Below, one piece after another: positions 17,321 to 30,355 of a DNA stretch of 64,000 nt. The DNA comes from the human T2T-CHM13v2.0 reference genome, Homo sapiens, in NCBI RefSeq assembly GCF_009914755.1, contig NC_060937.1; one strand, 5' to 3'. The translations under genes were made by a program, and so were the position numbers. The first letter of the stretch is position 1, and each line of letters starts with the position of its first letter. A model generated the notes under the pieces. It had not been told where the DNA came from, did not search any database, and was given only the letters and a program-made list of their open reading frames with translations.

Positions 17321-17448
17321 GTAAATGGTCAGACTCAATCCTCACTCAGAAACTGTACCACACAAACAAAATTCCACATAGCAAATACTCACTTTCCCAA
17401 CAGAATGTTTTCTCATTGATGACTTCTCATTAATACGTTTTTGTGCAC

Positions 17449-17498
17449 CATATTAGTCAGGGTTTTCTAGAGAAACCGAACCAATAGGATTTGTGTGG

Positions 17499-17578
<80 letters not shown>

Positions 17579-18244
17579 GTATATATACACACACACACAC
17601 ACATATCTCCAGAGAGAGAGGGAGAGAGATTGTATATATACAATCTATGTGTGTCTGTCTATACATGTGTGTATACACAAACACACACAAATCCTATTGG
17701 TTCTGTTTCTCTAGAAAACCCTGACTACTATGGTGCACAAAAACCTGTTAATGTTTTTGTCTCAAGGAGACAAATGTCAATTAATATCTCAAGGCGAGAA
17801 AGGTAGAGAGATTGAGATTCCTTTAAGGAACTGGCTCTCAGTTGTGGAGACTTGGCAAGTCCAAAATCTTCAGCATAGGCTGGAGACCCAGGGAAGACCT
17901 GCAGTTCCAGGCCAAAGGCAAACTACAGGCAGAATCCTTTCTCCCTCATCAGAGTCAGTCTAAGGCCTTCAACGGACTGTTTGAGGCCCACTCCCACTAT
18001 GACGGGTATCTGCTTTACTCACAGTCAAGTGATTTAAATGGTAATATTTCCTATTTGAGCAGCACTGCAGAGAAGGGACTGGCTGGACAATTCCTTCCGG
18101 CCTTGGAAATGGCTGGCAAATAAATAAATAAATAAGGAATGTTAATCTCATCCAAAAACACCTGCACAGACACATCCAGAATAATGTTTGATCAAATCTG
18201 TCCCCATGGCCCAGCCAAGGTGACACATAACATTAACCATCACA
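17449..18244 (-). mobile_element. MLT2 (B-like) ERVL LTR with internal microsatellite, inverted duplication and a short insertion
   Basis: tattagtcagggttttctagagaaac at one end, taaggaactggctc internally, cacataacattaaccatcaca at the other end. Confidence 0.85.
17504..17630. repeat. Compound (TA)n(CA)n(GA)n microsatellite
   Basis: Directly visible. Confidence 0.95.
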
Positions 18245-18675
18245 TGCCCCTCAGTTTAGATTCACAGAACCAGAGAAAAATAGTGGGCTTTGCCTACACA
18301 ACTGAAGTTATTGTGGCCATTAAGACCAGATCCTAAACAGGCTGTGTCAGTGTTGTGCTGGCGCTGGCTCCTTCTAGCTGCTGATTGCAAATTATGCCTG
18401 ATTCTTCCCAAGTCTGCATTCAAATGGCATCACGTTTGTGCCCGGAAATTGGCCATGGGGCAGTCCTTACACCACAAAGATGCTATAAATCAGGGGTGAG
18501 GTCCCTTGAATTTCTGGCTTACCATCACGCCACCAGACCTGTCAGTTTTTCAACAACGTGTTAAAAAGTCTATAATTCCATTTAGTAGGCATGATGTCAA
18601 GTCGGAAAATGGAATATTTCTAATTTTAGTAACAAAAATAAAATTTCAAAAGTTTTAAAACATACATTAGCTTCT

Positions 18676-18806
18676 CTTTTTTTAAATTTCAATAGCTTTA
18701 GGGGTACAAGTGGTTTTTGGTTACATGGATGAACTGTATTGTGGTGAAGTCAGAGATTTTAGTGCACCCATCACCCAAGTAGTGTACATTGTACCCAATA
18801 TGTAGC
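18676..18806 (-). mobile_element. L1PB-type 3' terminal fragment
   Basis: ggggtacaagtggtttttggttacatggatgaa...cacccaagtagtgtacattgtacccaata. Confidence 0.85.
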
Positions 18807-18945
18807 AAAATATACATAAGTTTCTTAATCACATTTTCAAAAGAACAGAACAAACAGTAACCAATATTGTCAATTGATGGTAGTCCGTCATACTGACTTT
18901 TCAATATCTAATTGGTCTACATGGAGTGAGCATATGTACTATTTA

Positions 18946-19289
<344 letters not shown>

Positions 19290-19304
19290 CATTATTATAG
19301 GAAT

Positions 19305-20238
19305 GCAATCAGCAAGATCCAGACTATAGTAAACTGTACAGGACATACGATCTATTTCTTCAACAAATACATTTCCAGGGTGACAGAGAAAGAGAGAGGT
19401 GGAAGGAGGAGGTGAACCTAAAGCAGTGCTTTCCAAACTTTATTACACATCAGAATCACCCGGGGGGCTGCATGTGGAGTCCCACCCGCAGATTTTTTTA
19501 ATCAGTTGGTTGCGCTACTGCCAGATAATTTGCATTTAGGAATAAGTTCCCAGGTGATACAGCTGCTCATGATAATCGTATTCTAGTTGTGTTTTTGTTG
19601 AAAGGCATTTACATTTCCAATATGGGTTGGATCTGTGTCCCAGCCCAAATCTCATGTGAAATTGTTATCCCCAGTGTTGGAGGTGGGGCCTGGTGGGAGG
19701 TGATTTGATCGTGGGGGTGGTTTCTCATGGTTTAGCGTCATCTGCCTAGCGCTGTTCTTGTGACAGAGTTCTCAGGAGATCTGGTTGTTTGAAAATGTGC
19801 GGCACATCCCCCCTTGCTGGCTTCCTCCTGCTCTGGCCATATAAGACGTGCCTGCTTCCCCTTCACCTCCCACTGTGATTCTAAATTCCTGAGGCCTCCC
19901 CAGAAGCAGAAGCCAACATGCTTCCTATACAGCCTGTGGAACCATGAGCCAATTAAACCTCTTTTCTTTGTAAATTACCCAGTCTCAGGTATTTCTTTAT
20001 AGCAATGTCAGAATGTACTCATACAATTTTAAAGATGTATTCTAAGACATTACAGATGAAATGATACAATGTCTGTAATTTACTGCAAAATCATCTGCGG
20101 CATGGTGGTAAGTAGTGGGGATACTACAAATGAAACTAGATTGGGCAGAGTGATAATTGTTAAATACGGGTGAGGGGTACAGGGGGCCTTCTTATGTTAT
20201 TCTACTTTTGTGTATTCCATATTTAAAAGTGTTAAAAA
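19305..20238 (+). mobile_element. L1ME/MC 3' region interrupted by MER5A (about 19424-19567) and MSTA
   Basis: caatcagcaagatccaga, tttcttcaacaaata, tacagatgaaatgatacaatgtctg, gggtgaggggtac. Confidence 0.65.
19618..20025 (+). mobile_element. MSTA MaLR solo LTR
   Basis: atatgggttggatctgtgtcc...gaggcctccccagaagcagaagcc...ctcataca; near-TSD atttc/atttt. Confidence 0.9.
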
Positions 20239-20696
20239 GGAAGAATTAAACCCAAATTATTTTAAATATCCACTTCACACCTCTAGAAACAAGTCATCTT
20301 TCTTTTTTAATCACTTCTCATTATAGAAAGAAAGGCAGAGGCATCATTCATAAAAAGGGCAAAGCTTTCATTAATTATTTTTTTAACCAGGAAAGGCTGT
20401 AAATTCAATCAATCCCTTTGTAACTCAGATGTCAAGGATAACAAATGGTTCCAGCACTTCCATCTGCCAGTATGCATGTGGGAGCATCACCTGCCCAGTG
20501 CAGACACTGCCCTTTCTCTTTCTCACCATTTTTCTTTCCTCCACAGCAAACCTGTCCTATTCAATGATAACATCTAGACCCAGAAGGTGATAATAACACC
20601 TAGACCCAGAAACACCCAGAAGGTGGTTTCCCATCAATTTTCAAAGACTGGCGGAGGGGACCCAAATTCTGATGTTCCCTTCTACAAAATCATCAA

Positions 20697-21026
<330 letters not shown>

Positions 21027-21056
21027 TCAGAGTTACAAATACCTACCCATTTATTA

Positions 21057-21815
21057 TGAGGACTAAACTCTGATTTTTTTATCTTGCCTAAATTCCTATC
21101 TAAGGGGTCTGGGGAGTCATGCCCTACAAACCATAAAATCTCATCAGATGTGTTTTATTTAACCCTATATATCATGACTTACTTTCCAATCTGACTCTGG
21201 CATAATATTACATGACAGAGAAGAAAATCAAAATATTTTACCCCAAAATATGTTTCTTTGCCATATATTGAAATGTCCCTGCAAAGCCATCCTTTGTGGG
21301 GGAAAATTTGCACCTGTAAAGAATCTCTATTAACATAGCTAGATCTTTTTCTTCCAGGCCCTCCCAATCCTGAAGAAATTAACTGAGAGTTAGCACCTTT
21401 TATAGATCTGAATAGGAAACATTTGTCATCTATTGTCTCTAAGGGCAGCCACAATGAGACTTCAAAAGAACCTCAATCTCCACAACTTTTTATCTTAACC
21501 TGAACATTTCCTTGCTATTGATCCCAGGTCTTTAGACAAACTCAACCAATTGTAAACCAAAATATGGGAAGCCCCCCAGCCCCACTCCACTTAAAATTGT
21601 CCTGCCTTACTGGACCAAGCCAATGTATTTCTCAAATATATTTGATTGATGTCTCATGCCTCCCTAAAATGTAAAAAATCAAGCTGCACCCCAACCACTT
21701 TGGACACATGTTCTCAGGACCTCCTGAGGGCTGTGTCATGGGCCATGGTCACTCATATTTGTCTCAGAATATATCTCTTCAAATATTTTACAGAGTTTGA
21801 CTCTGTCCACTAACA
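21057..21815 (+). mobile_element. MER4-group (MER4E/D-like) ERV1 solo LTR
   Basis: Starts tgaggactaaactctgattttttt, ends in CA; 4-bp TSD ATTA. Confidence 0.85.
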
Positions 21816-22544
21816 ATTACAGATACTCAAAAAGGGAAAAGAAAGGTGTAATGAGAATAAATTTTATCTAAATAGTGACTTTTCTTTGTATGAAGGTGTT
21901 TCCTCCTCCCCATGAGGTAACCATTGATACCTTCTCCCCAGTGAGGTAACCACCGAGGTAACCACCGCATTTTGGAACCAGAAAAAATCCTCAGAATCTC
22001 TATGATCTCTCCCATCCACTTACCAAATGAGGAAACTGATACCCAGATAAGTCAGATGACATGGCCACAGTGAAAAAACTAGCTACTGCCAGAAACTTAC
22101 CTGCACTTTCAAAAGTTTCTAGTAAAATAAAAGTGAAAAAGGAAAGAAGGGAGGGAGAGAGGATTGACTAACAGAAGAGCTGCTTTCAGGAAAGTTGCCC
22201 ATACAGTGAAATTTTTAAATAAAATTCTATGTACCAGTTGATTTTTGTTCTAAAATTGGAAATACAGATAGGGGTGTAGTCTATCGATGGACTCAGTTGA
22301 AAAAATTTGCTAATTTAAGAGTTAAAGAGGGAGCCAAACACCCATGGAATGTTGCTGCTGTTGAGCTACAGTGTTGGAAGCAATAGTACTTGGGGCGCTT
22401 TTCAGTCAATAACAATTACCAACATTTGTGAGCACTAGGCACTGGAGACTAAATGCTGTTTTCTCTATTCCACACTTAGTCCCCGTGACAACTCTGCAAG
22501 GTAAATTCTACAGATCTCCTCATTGTATAGATGTGGAAACAGAG

Positions 22545-22849
<305 letters not shown>

Positions 22850-23304
22850 AGATGTTGAAACAGAGACAGAGAGATTAATAAGTTGCCCAGGTTCATATGT
22901 GGGATGGATCTAGGATATCCTCCTCAGCTCTTATTACTAATACTTCTCCCAAGATCACTGGGTACATTTCTATGGGTTGTATCTGCAAAGGAGCCCCAGG
23001 CTGGGGGTAGAGAGGGTGGGGAAATGTGAAGGCTGAAATGTAGCCCATAGTTTCCTTACCAAGCTATGGGGCTGCCTTTTTCTGGAGGAGGCAACCTTTT
23101 AAAATCCACACAGACACTTTTATGAGCCAGTGGTGGCCCAACTCCTTTCCCAACTAGTTTCCATGCCTTGAGAATTTTAACTACAAGGAGCCGATATTCT
23201 TGGAATTTTGTCCTGTGTCTGAATGGCCAGTTGCCTAATAGAACAAGAAATATTATAGCTCATGCATTTTGTCCATAGGGGTTGCTGCAGAATGTGTCAT
23301 GGTC

Positions 23305-23486
23305 TACAGCGTTGCCTGGGCTGGGATCGAGTGGGAAGTAACTGAAAGTGGGCATGAAGTAAGTTACTGAGGTTCTGTGAAAGTGTCTAAAACTGGAATG
23401 CAGTGAAACTTAATAAAAATCCAACTATCCACTTACAGTGAGTGAATTGTATGTAAATTGTACTTCAATAAAGCTGATTTTTTAAA
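23305..23486 (+). mobile_element. L1ME-type 3' end fragment
   Basis: gttgcctggg...gtgaattgtatgtaaattgtacttcaataaagctg. Confidence 0.7.
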
Positions 23487-23616
23487 TACCATGATCAGAT
23501 CAGCAACTCCTTAAGTTGGAGTCATTCTGTAAAGTCACTCTATAAAGATAAAGCATGTCCAAGAATGAATAATGTCGTGATAAGATTAGATAAGTGTATG
23601 GGATCTAAAGACTCAA

Positions 23617-24637
23617 AGACCAGGGCTTCATGGGCTTCGGAGACCTACACAGTCACACAGAGCCCTAAGCTCAGAAAGACTCTGCCCTAGGCTTTATGAC
23701 TTGTGGTTTCTGTCCGTCTTGATATTCTTAATGATTTCATTTTTGAACGTGTGCTTTATAAGTGAAGACCAACAGGACAATGAGGCCCGTGGATGTGCAG
23801 AGGAGATACCTGCAACATGTGTCCACACCTTGCCACCCCTTTAGCTTATGAAATATAGCACTCAACGTGTCCCATGAACACAGAATTCTAGTGACCCACA
23901 ATGTGTGGGAATTCCGTGACATTTAAAGCCAGTCAAAACAAGCATATTACTTCCATGACTAAGTATGAGCAAAGAGGGGAATGACAGCCCCCAAGAGGCC
24001 ACACTTTCTGTTTGAAGCGGAACATGCTTCAAATGCAGACAGAAAGCTTTCTAAGAAAGGCGAATGACCCAGAAACCATAACATTTCCTTCGTGACTCTT
24101 GTTAATTCCTTGCATGAGTGAACCATTCACCCTGAAAATGATGACATCAGAGGAAAGGAAAGATAGAGCAACCCATAATTCCTTTTCCTTCCAGCCTTTC
24201 CTTATTTATCAATACACTGAAGGTGGAGAGCGTTGGTAGAATGTGCCCATATCAAAAAATGAATTAAAACAGTTGAGTCCGTTTTGTGCAGCATTTCCAC
24301 TGTTCTAAGAATGAGATACATACATGAGAGCTACAAAACACAAATCTTATGTCAGTAATTCCGTGGGAATTAAATGCTCTTACATTAGCATTAAGGCTGT
24401 CATCACACAGTATAAAGATGAATGCTAAAACTCATGCTAATTTAAAATTTTATTTTTTCTTCACTTAGAATGGCATTAAATAGCAGATTTTTTAAAAACG
24501 CTATGACAAGCCAAGAGACTAAGGAAGAAAGGAAAATGTGTTATAGTACCTGTAATAGCACTTCTTTCCTGCATTTTGAACAGTGGGTCCCACGCTCTCA
24601 TTTTGCACCAGGCTTCACAAATTCTGAAGCAGCCCTT
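23617..24637 (+). mobile_element. MER45B-like hAT-Tip100 element (about 1 kb)
   Basis: Termini ggcttcatgggc...agtcacacagagccc and cattttgcaccaggcttcacaaattctgaagcagccct. Confidence 0.75.
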
Positions 24638-24653
24638 TTAAAGATAAGTGTTG

Positions 24654-24983
24654 AGCTGGGCACGGTGGCTCATGCCTGTAATCCCAACACTTTGGGAGGC
24701 CGAGGCAGGTTTTCACCTGAAGTCAGGAGTTCAAGACCAGCTTGACCAATATGGTGAAACCCTGTCTCTACTAAAAATACAAAAATTAGCCGGGCGTGGT
24801 GGCAGGTGCCTGTAGTCCCATCTACTTGGGAGGCTGAGACAGGAGAACTGCTTGAGCCCAGGAGGCAGAGGTTGCAGTGAGCCGAGATCGTGCCACTGCA
24901 CGTGAGCTGTGATCACACCACTGCACTCCAGCCTGGGCAACTGAGAGAGACCCCCGTCTCAGAAAAAAAAAAAAAAAAAAAAA
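24654..24983 (+). mobile_element. Alu with an internal 25-bp duplication
   Basis: Dimer with poly-A; taagtgtt on both flanks. Confidence 0.95.
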
Positions 24984-25169
24984 TGTAAGTGTTCAACCTC
25001 CTAACTGAGGTTGGAAGAGATTGCATAACTTGCCCAAGATCACAGTTAGAAGCAGACCCGGCTCTATAGCCCAGGACCTACTCCCAGGCCACTGGTCCTT
25101 CTACCATTCTTGTAGTCCAAAACAACAAGTTGGTTTAAAACTAGAGATTCCTATAAGAATAATATTTCA

Positions 25170-25472
<303 letters not shown>

Positions 25473-26274
25473 TCAGTTCAGCAAGTTCAAAGAATGACCA
25501 AATTAGACACATTTGCTGCAAATGGCTCTCAGAGGCTTTGAAAAATGGCATTGTGGCATTTTGTTTTAAGCAAGTAAACATATTTTCTGAGCCTAGAATT
25601 TTCTCCAATCACTAGAGAGCTTAAATAGATTATAAATACAGCATAGAGAGTATTCATGCAAAACCATTGCAGCTAAATGTCTATTTGTAAAGTCAGCTGG
25701 TTTCCAGTTAAAAGTTTGTAAAAGAGGGAAAAATAATATGCTTTATTTAAGTATGAACAGAGGAAGGCCTAGGTCCTGCCTCTTTCCTGAGTATTTAAAG
25801 TTCTGTGCCCATAATGGATACAGGAATCAGATGATCACACTGGAGAGAAGTCAAAAGTCTTGCTCCTCCTTTGATGTGAACAACAATCTTGGTAATTGTT
25901 GACAGAGAAGTAAATACAACCTGCCCTCTAGTTTTTGAATTCACAAGTAGTAATTATTGTAAGCAAGCTCTAAACCACCTTCAGAAAAATCTGTCTTTGA
26001 AAACACAAGATGTGATAGGCAAAACAAATAAAATAAAAACCTAAGTCAATCTGGTTTGGGTTAGAAAGAATCTTTTTGGTAAAATTAAATCTTTGTATCG
26101 CCCTTAATGCTTTGAGTCCCATCCCAATGTGGCTTATTCATTACCCACTCTGTAGTTTTCCTTCCTCTAAACCCTCTCCTCCTGCAGTGCCATGGAACTC
26201 ATCAACAGCTCCTACAATGTAGCAGGTAAGTAAACACTAAGGATTAGGGCCAAGGGTTGGGACAGGAGAGTGAC

Positions 26275-26500
26275 AAACATAATAATTATAGCTAACATTG
26301 TTTAAGCACTTCCTATTTGCTGGGCACTTTGCCAAGTGCTTTATGTTCATTATCTTAATGATTCTTCACAACAGTTCTATGAGGTAGGATTATCCCATTT
26401 CAACATGAGAATACAAAATCACAAAGAGGTAAAAACTCGCCCTCTAGGTCACACCAAATCTGGAATTCAAAGCCAATCTCGACATCAGATAATGAGATGT
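26275..26500 (-). mobile_element. MIR SINE
   Basis: gctaacattgtttaagcactt...cttcacaacagttctatgaggtagg...ggtcacac. Confidence 0.75.
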
Positions 26501-26930
26501 CTGTTTTTCTCTTTACCTCTGCCCCATATCTTCTTATTTCCCCATATTGCCCATCCTTAGAGCATCCTGATGCAGAGACATTGTTCATTCAGGTGGTCGA
26601 GTATGGATGGTGATATATGGAAAGCATTTTATCCAAGGCCACCATTGACCAGGGTCTTTGTGGGAATTATTATAACAAAAGGCACTCTCCTTTGAGCTGT
26701 TGCAGAACAGGAAGGTTTTGCTCCCACTCTTTGCTGGACACCCTTTGGCTGGGCACAACCTCTGCAGTATATGCCAAAGTCCTGAGCTCATCCTAGTCAT
26801 TTTGAATAATGGTCATTTGAATGTCCAGTACTTTTAAATGACAGCGATATGATGACACTTCACGTGATTACATGTGGACTATCATGTGTTCTAGAGAGGA
26901 CAAATATGTCCTTAAAAATATACAAAAGGG

Positions 26931-27225
26931 GGCCAGACGCGGTGGCTCACGCCTGTAATCCCAGCACTTTGGGAGGCCGAGGCCAGTGAATCACGAGGTC
27001 AGGGGTTCAAGACCAGCCTGGCCAACAATGTGAAACCCTGTGTCTACTAAAAATACAAAAATTACCCGGGCGTGGTGGCAGGCACCTGTAATCCCAGCTA
27101 CTCAGGAGGCTGAGGCAGGAGAATCACTCAGACCCAGGAGGTGGAGGTTGCAGTGAGCTGAGATCACGTGATTGCACCATTGCATTCCAGCCTGGTGGAC
27201 AAGAGCGAGACGAAGTCTCAAAAAA

Positions 27226-27256
<31 letters not shown>

Positions 27257-27622
27257 TATATATATATACACACACACACAAAAGGGGCTGGGTGTGGTGG
27301 CTCACACCTGTAATCCCAGCACTTTGAGAGGCTAAGGTGGGCAGATCACGAGGTCAGGAGTTCAAGACCAGCCTGGCCAACACAGTGAAACCCCGTCTTT
27401 ATTAAGAATACAAAAAATTAGCTGGGCCTGATGGTGGGCGCCTGTAATCCCACCTACTCAGCAGGCTGAGGTAGGAGAATCACTTGAACCTGGAAGGCAG
27501 AGGTTGCAGCGAGCCGAGTGTGCACCACTGCACACTAGCCTGGGTGACAGTTGGAGACTCCGTCTCAAAAAAATAATAATTATTATTATAAATATATATG
27601 TGTATATATATATATGTGTGTG

Positions 27623-27656
<34 letters not shown>
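26931..27656 (+). mobile_element. Two tandem AluS elements (26931 to about 27226, 27286 to about 27573), each followed by (TA)n/(CA)n microsatellites
   Basis: Two complete dimers with directly visible microsatellite tails. Confidence 0.95.
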
Positions 27657-30064
27657 ACAGGTTATTCAACAAATTTGTAGGCTTGTTTCTGTACTCCTCT
27701 CTCTGAGCCTCAACTCCCAGGAGACTGAATAAAGACTAGAGAGTTGGGTGCTGTTGAATAGACTCATTAAACTCGATAGCCCTTAATTGGCAGACACACA
27801 GGAGGAAGCTCCATGTGTCTTATACATTAGCGTTCCTGAGAGGAAGCAGAACGCAACCATTATGGAAATAAATCGAATCAATAACAGTTTCCCCAAACAT
27901 AGTCCAAGCCAGTGGGTAAGATAAGAACTAGGTCTGCTTTCAAAACAATGGTCTGATTCTAACCCTGTTGATAACTTTCTTCCTATCCAATCAAGAACTA
28001 TGCTGTGTTCAACTTGTCTGAATCTTCAGATAGCCATTAATGTTGGAAAATGAGTGGTTTCCTTTGTTCTAAGGGAAGCCCACAGAACACGTCACTGTGG
28101 TAGTCTCTAGAATTTACAGCAGGGAATCGAATCTTTCACTGAGAGAACAACAACAAAAAAGCTAATCATTTGGTATGGTTCAAAATGCCAACATTTCCAG
28201 GTGGGTACAATACATATTCTCATTTCTAAAGCAGATTGTCAATATTCATGTATTATATTAGAGTCTTGATTTTTTTCAAGAACTAGTAAGTCAAGCTATC
28301 TTATTACACCACCAAAATTTGGCTAATTGCAAAATCACTGCATTATATCTACCATAAACCATAGCAAGTTTCCTGCCAGCATGATCACTGTGAAATCAGC
28401 TCTTTGAGGCCAAACCTCAAAGGCCCACATAATAACAATGGCTGCCATTTTAGGTGACATAGACTTGGAGTGTATAAATCTCAAATCAGAAAAGACTCCA
28501 GTGAACCATCACAGTCTTGCTAGTCTTCAATAACTGGAGAATAGAGCTATAATTTAGTTTGAAGTGCGTATGGGGAGAATTCATGGTGGGAATCTGAGCC
28601 TCAGAGAATGCAAAGTCAACTCACTACTAATAGGAAGTGACATCGGTGGCAGCAAATCCTCTGAAGTGGCAAGTTTCTTTCAGGATATACTGTGCTAAGA
28701 TTAAAGAAAAAAGTTTGTAAGGAAGGGAAGCAAGTGTCAAACAGATAGCAGACTTATTTTCAGGATTATGTAAAGCACAAAAATGAAAGGACTTCCACCG
28801 TGCAGTGTTGTCATGGTTACCTGATCTCTTATCAAAAAGGAGAATCAAGCAGGGAAGGGAAACCTGGGAAAGGCAGTAACCAGGGAGGCCTGTACTTCCA
28901 CATGGGCTTTTCATCCAATTGAGGTTGTTTATGAGGGTATAAAATAAAAGATGACATTTTGCTGCTGTAGATAATTTTTAAAGGAGCATATTTTGCTATG
29001 CAGAATAAGTACTTCATTCTGCTGTGCTTTCTAAAACATGAAAACACGATGGCTAACCCATCATTGTTCATGAGAATCTCTAAGTGAACAGGAAAAAAAA
29101 ATGTACCTTTAAAATTTCCTCCCAATGCAATAAAAATAAAAATTATTTTCCCAAACTACAAACTTAGTATATAGGTTGAGTTGCTTTCTTAAGAAAGCTG
29201 CATTTATCTCCTCCAAAAAATGTTAGAGGATTTTATTTGGAGGTTACCAGTTTAAAAGAAAAACTGGTAAATTCTTTTTAGAGATTAAAAAGAAAAATCA
29301 GGACAGGAGGGGGCGGGGAAAAGAAAAAAGAAAAATCTGCTTGGTTTCCACTTCACGATTAGCATAGAATGAAGGACAATTTACCACTCTGTCCTTCCCC
29401 CTAAGCTCCACCTACCTCTACAAATGCGTCACCTTTCTGCCCATCACCTCCCCAGCCCTCATAAACCATTGTCCCTGATAAACATTGCCCGGCACAAGCT
29501 CTTGCTTTTCCAAATCACAATCTCATTCTCAACACACCTAACAACAGCTTGCAAAGTGCCCTTTTCTCTAGTGACAGGTAGTCAGAATAACTACAAGGTC
29601 ACTAGCATGAAAAGACTCAGCCTAGGAGAAGAAATGGAAATTTGACCCTATTTATTTTATCTGCTTGGGAAGGGGGAGGAGGAAGAAAGCAATAAAGAGC
29701 AGTCATTTCTTTAACAGCTCAGTCTCTGAATTACTCCCACTTCTCATTTCCCCTGGTAGAAAGACACTACGCCTAACTGGGTAAACCTTGCAAAGGGGAC
29801 AAATAAGCCTTAGACTCACAGTAACTTTGACTTCTCTCATAGAGAAAATGTTGAGAATTAGCATTCACTGAAACCCTACTATGAACTAGACATTGTACTA
29901 GGTGCTTTAGTGATAATATTCCATTTATACAAATTGCATCCCTGTGAAACCATGTCCTCTTTAAATATGAGGAAGCTAAGGCTCAGAAAAGAGAAGTAAC
30001 TTGCCCTAATTCACAAAGAGCTTACTTCTAAACTCACTTACTGCACCACCTAACACTGGAGAAG

Positions 30065-30355
30065 GCAGGGTGCTAAGTGGGTTCTCATCCAGATTAGTTC
30101 CACTCCCTGTGAAATATTTTGGAAAGTTGTAGAATTTATCTTCAGTTTTGTCATTTACCTATTGAAACATTATTTTCAGTTACATTTTTTAAATTTCTAT
30201 TTTATATTGCAATTTATATTTTATATTTTTTGTGTGATTATGTGGCTAGTTAGGTTATATTACCTGCAAATTTCATTTTAGAATGGTAAAGGGGTATCTC
30301 AAAATATGTGTTACATAAAGGGAGGCTTTGGGCCTGAGAAGGCAGAGAACCGCTG
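30065..30355. mobile_element. MER113-like hAT-Charlie element
   Basis: taggttatattacctgcaaatttcattttagaatggtaaagggg...agaaccgctg terminus. Confidence 0.5.

Noticed and set aside
17457-17806. Overlapping ORFs rich in YIYI/THTH/CVCV (also 27102-27655 and 54939-55301)
   Set aside because: Artefacts of dinucleotide microsatellites.
18440-18460. PGNWPW peptide suggesting a trypsin-like protease
   Set aside because: No IVGG, TAAHC or GDSGG motifs in register; a six-residue match is insufficient.
20563-20625. Repeated ctagacccagaa / cccagaaggtg units
   Set aside because: Small imperfect tandem duplication with no wider structure.
21913-21966. GAGGTAACCA occurring three times
   Set aside because: Short local duplication, probably within a degraded L1 fragment; no evidence of function.
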